This document shows, piece after piece, positions 19,700-23,568 of a stretch of 23,568 nt of DNA. Position numbers and translations under genes: made by a program. Each line of letters opens with the position of its first letter. Position 1 is the stretch's first letter. This stretch comes from Octopus sinensis (Eukaryota), in the NCBI RefSeq assembly GCF_006345805.1, contig NW_021836641.1:1-23568 (forward strand), read 5' to 3'. Below the pieces are notes generated by a model. That model saw nothing but the letters and a program-made list of their open reading frames with translations. It was not told where the DNA came from and did no database searches.

Positions 19700-19890
19700 T
19701 CCAAACATGAACAAAGAGATAACACAACAACGCGAGGATGTGGAACAAGTATAGTGTTATTGGACGCTCGGAAAAGGAAAGAAAGGAAGATTTAACGTTT
19801 CGAGCGGAGCTCTTCCTCAGAAATATAGAAAAAGGAAAGGTCCAAAGGGAAGACAGAGAAAGAAAATCGCCAACGATACACATGCGGTCA
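19697..19890 (-). mobile_element. Probable PLE terminal-repeat relic carrying a minimal HHR-like motif
   Basis: Lies between (GA)n and (TA)n tracts; related in layout to 16786-16990. Confidence 0.5.
19790..19824 (-). ncRNA. Minimal type I HHR-like motif
   Basis: ATTT-CTGAGGA-A-GAGC-TCC-GCTC-GAAACGT-T-AAAT: core intact with an extra A after A9, 4-bp stems I and II, ACGT palindrome. The U at position 17 is a weaker cleavage base. Confidence 0.55.
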
Positions 19891-20448
19891 TATATATATA
19901 TATATAATATATATATTATATATATATATTATATATATATATATATACATTAAATTGTTATTATATGATCGAACGCACGCGTCGTTGTCTTCTACTTCTT
20001 CTCAAAGTAAGTTACTTTAATAATTATGACGCGCACTCTTAACTCTTTACTTGACCTTTCCTCCCTGCCTGTCTGTCTTCCTCTCTACCTGTCTCTCTCT
20101 TTCTTATTTTTCACCCTTTCTGGTTTCTTCGCCTCTCTCTCTCACTCCTCCTCCTCTCTCTCGTCGCTGACCGGAAGGCTACTAACTTTCTTTCTGCCTA
20201 CTACCTTCAACCAGTCAACATCGGCTTTTTCTGTCTTCGCTAGCCGGTCTTCAGAATGCGTCCTAATGAATTTTTCCACCGTCTAGGCTTAAAAAAGCCC
20301 TTATTGTTGGTTTCCTTGTCCTGCCTTTTACTGATTTATCTTTATTTGTACTGTTTTTTTCTTTATTTGCATTGCTTTTACGTCCTGTTCTTGTCACCCT
20401 TTTTTACCCCTCCGCAAAATTTTTTTATTTAATTCATTTGCGGGAAGG

Positions 20449-20720
20449 GCTGTTTCAGTGTAGTCGTGTTCTGCCCTTACCTTCGAAACACGCAATGAGT
20501 CGAAACAGGGGGAGCTGAAGAAGGGAAATTGTTCCCTCTGTTGTTTGTCTTGTACTCTGTTTTTTCGTTAAAAAAAAGTCGTTTCCTTGTTTTGTTTCTA
20601 AGTTTTCGTTTCTCGTTGTGTTCTACGTTTATTTGTGGTATCCTGTACTCATATATGCATGTATATATACATATAGATGTAGGTATGTACAAATGTGTAT
20701 GTATGCATATGTTTTATTTA
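20449..20720 (+). mobile_element. Interspersed repeat related to 2780-2937 (probable PLE terminal relic)
   Basis: CTGAAGAAGGG and CCTGTACTCATATATGCATG motifs shared with the reverse complement of 2780-2937. Confidence 0.38.
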
Positions 20721-21238
20721 TTAAATTGTTATATATATATATATATATATATATATACTGTTGACGTCTTTAGAATTTATAAGCTTCAAGAATGGGAAGC
20801 AATTTTTTGGGGGGTGGGAATAGTGGATCTCGAAGCAAATGATATAGTCATAAATGGTAGCATATAAATATTATATTGTAAAAACTCTTTGGACAGAAAA
20901 AGTCGAAGGCGGTCCGCGGGTTCGAGCCTCCTTCATGATCGGCTATTCAAAAAAATGAATTATTTCACGTTTTCCCAAAGTTTCTAAATTCTTATGACGT
21001 CAATAACATCCAATTCTCGCTGGTAAAAATAACATTTCTAAAATGGAAAGAGTAATTCGAAACATTGCTTTGATCCAATGGTCGAACGTCCGTCTGTCAT
21101 ATCTTCAGAAATTGCAGGTTCGATTCCCACAGGCAGACTTCGACTCATTTTCTGTCCAAAGGGTTTTGACCCAATATTTACACGCTTTTAGTTATATCTT
21201 TATCAATATCTTCGAGATCCACTGTTCCAAAAAAGATA

Positions 21239-21700
21239 TATGTGTGAGGTTCAACAGAAAAGTTCATTGGCTGACTACGATACTTTTATGGAATGTAACC
21301 AAACGAGGTCTATTTTTCAACATAGTCCCCCTTACGGTGCCCACACTACTTCTATCGGTGTTGCAGTGCTTGAATTCCATTGGTGAAGAAGCTATCATCC
21401 TGTTGGTTAAAAAGTCATCAACAACAGATATGACGTCATCACCACTGCGATACTGGTCCCCAGTCAAGTGTTTGGTTGTTTTTTTTCATGCTGGGGAACA
21501 GATGAAAATGAGATGTGGCCAAATCAGGAGAATAAGGAGGATGATCAAACAGTTCAAATCTACAGTCATGCACAACTGGCATTGATCCAACGATTTGTGT
21601 GGCTGGAGCATTATCCTGGTGAAACGACCCTTTTCGTCAGATTTCCTGGACGTTTGGTCTTGATAACCTTTTGTAACTGCCTCAGCATGTTAGCATGAAC
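21239..21700 (-). mobile_element. Mariner transposon right end, decayed transposase C-terminus
   Basis: NMLRQLQKVIKTKRPG, FELFDHPPYSPDLA, QQDDSFFTNGIQALQHR and KGDYVEK* on the minus strand. TIR-like sequence next to TA at ~21239. Confidence 0.9.
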
Positions 21701-21829
21701 TTTTCAACCCATCCTCGTATTACTGTGGTTTTTTACAAAGACTTTGACAGTGACTTCGACGTTTCAGTTTACTAACGCCCCTAAGAGTTTTCATGAGATT
21801 TTTTGTCTTTTTTTATGTATTTATTTTTC

Positions 21830-22100
21830 TAAAGCATTGTTCATTCTCGAGCCACGCCTAGCTCATAAGGGCCGGTTTCCCGGTTTCCTTGGCATATAGG
21901 TTCCCCACCTAGATGGGACGCCGGTCCGACGCAGGTGAGCTGCAAAATGCAGGAGGAAAGAGTGAGAGAAAGTTGTGGCGAAAGAGTCAGCAGAAGTTCG
22001 CCATTACCTCAGGTGTTTCGCTCATAAACACACACACATTGCCCGGTCTGAGATTCGAACGCGAGTCTGCTGCTCTAACCACTAGGCCATGTGCCACCAC
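21830..22100 (-). mobile_element. tRNA-derived SINE, third family (Meta-domain-like)
   Basis: Minus strand: TGGCCTAGTGGTTAG (A box), GTTCGAATC (B box), then CTGCG..GGAC.GGCGTCCCATCTAGG...GAAACCGG...CCGGCCC.TATGAGC, resembling the MetaSINE central domain as I recall it. The domain assignment is tentative. Confidence 0.72.
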
Positions 22101-22507
22101 TTTGTAAAGCATAAAACACATTAAATATCTAAGAAAGCGCCAAAATTCATTTATTTCGCTGTCTAACTTATGTCGCGTGTATCACGCGGATCAGTCACGT
22201 GTGAGAGTTTAAAAAATGAATAATTCACTACTGAAAAATACTTATTTATTTGGCAGGAAATAAAGTCCTTTCATTTTGGGGGATGGAATGAAGTAGGGAG
22301 TGGGGGTTCTATTGTAAAATTCCATGTTATAGACTTAAAGTTTTGAGTTATCAAAATTAGATCAATTAAAGATAATGCGTCGATGCCAAAGATATTAGTT
22401 AATTTGAACACTCCGACCGACATTCTTTTGTTTGTTTTTCCAAGGAATCTGCGTAATTTTCTTTAAACATGTGGGATTCCATTATTGTATGGGATTGATA
22501 TTACGAC

Positions 22508-22893
22508 CCACATGGTTCCGGGTTCAGTCCCACTGCGTGGCACCTTGGGCAAGTGTCTTCTACTTTAGCCTCGGGCCGACCAAAGCCATGTGAGTGGATT
22601 TGGCAGACGGAAACTGAAAGAAGCCCGTCGTATATATATGTATATGTATATATATGTATGTGTGCGTGTATACGTTTGTGTGTCTGTTTGTCCCCCCAAC
22701 ATCGCTTGGCAACTGATGCTAATGTGTTTACGTCCCCGTCACTTAGCGGTTCAGCAAAAGAGACCGATAGAATAAGTACTAGGCTTTTAAAGAATAAGTC
22801 CTGGGGTCTATTTGCTCAACTAAAGGCGGTGCCCCAGCATGGCCACAGTCAAATGACTGAAACAAGTAAAAGAGAATGAGAGTAAAAGAGTAA
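22508..22893 (+). mobile_element. SINE family 1, near full length (A box missing)
   Basis: B box GGGTTCAGTCCC, internal TA/TG microsatellite, tail GGCGGTGCCCCAGCATGGCC...ACTGAAACAAGTAAAAGAG with (AGTAAAAGAG)-like terminal repeats. Confidence 0.9.
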
Positions 22894-22916
22894 TGCGAAG
22901 ATAGAAATAAGAGGCT

Positions 22917-23222
22917 TTAATTGCAAATTACTTTAGTTTCTGCAGCAGACACCAGCTTTAAGTTGCTGTGTTTACTTTTGTATATAATTACATAAAATTA
23001 TTCTTTAGAATAACTCTACAAATAAATGATTCAGCGACAGCTATGTGTTGGTGTTTCAAGCATTCTACTTGATGGAACAAGCGCCAACATAGATGTCACT
23101 GTATCATATTTAATTGTATAGTGATTCTAGAGAATAATTTTATGTAATTTTATGTATAAATTAAATGCAGCAATTTAGAGCTGGTGTCTGGTGCAGAAAC
23201 AAATGTTGTAATTTGCAGTTAA
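22917..23222. mobile_element. Fold-back (palindromic) MITE-like element
   Basis: 22917-23060 is the reverse complement of 23068-23222 along its whole length with scattered mismatches and small indels. 7-nt spacer CATTCTA; TTAA at both outer ends. Confidence 0.85.
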
Positions 23223-23460
23223 AACCTGTTCTTTCCACATTTGTGTTGAATAAATTTGTATGAGCCAGTTTCAGTTCTCCTTTTCCAACAGAAACTAGAT
23301 CAATTCTTGCCTGTGACATCTGACACTATCTCCAAACACAATCTCGCATCACCGTTTCCTATGAATACTAATTCCACATCGACATTGTTCCTCTTCTCTT
23401 CTTTTTCTTGTTTTTTTTCTTATTGTCTTCCTTTTCTTTTTCTTTCTTTCCACTTATAAT

Positions 23461-23568
23461 TTTTCTTCTTCTTCTTCTTCTTCTTCTTCTTCTTCTTCTT
23501 CTTCTTTTTTAATCCTCTTCATCTCTTCAAGCCTCCCCTTACCCGACTTCTTCTTCTTCTTCTTCTTC
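23461..23568. repeat. (CTT)n microsatellite, running to the window edge
   Basis: Directly visible. Confidence 0.95.

Noticed and set aside
21043-21585. 180-aa plus-strand ORF
   Set aside because: Its distal two thirds are antisense to the mariner relic; no domain recognised.

Overview
Eukaryotic, repeat-saturated, apparently non-coding window (intergenic or deep intronic). The SINE families and extreme microsatellite load look like an octopus/coleoid cephalopod genome; this is recognition from memory, not a search result. No intact host gene is supportable, and almost all long ORFs in the track are translations of microsatellites. Recognisable content: many tRNA-derived SINE copies, a CR1/L2-group LINE 3' fragment, RTE-clade LINE 3' ends, two mariner relics, a decayed DUF4371/ZMYM1-like hAT transposase split by nested insertions and locally duplicated, two Penelope-like GIY-YIG endonuclease relics, and a ~300 bp fold-back element. 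The main signal is RNA-level: five hammerhead-ribozyme (HHR) motifs. A ~1.05 kb element in a (TA)n tract carries a complete type I HHR on each strand (10146-10235 minus, 10624-10714 plus). A sequence-unrelated type I HHR of the same architecture (19387-19460) sits in a 122-nt intron-shaped module bounded by an exact 8-bp direct repeat. Both HHR types are followed ~130-140 nt downstream by the same 11-mer. Two minimal HHR-like variants also occur (16888-16925, 19790-19824). All alignments, translations and folds were done by eye; element boundaries are approximate; ribozyme activity and novelty are untested.
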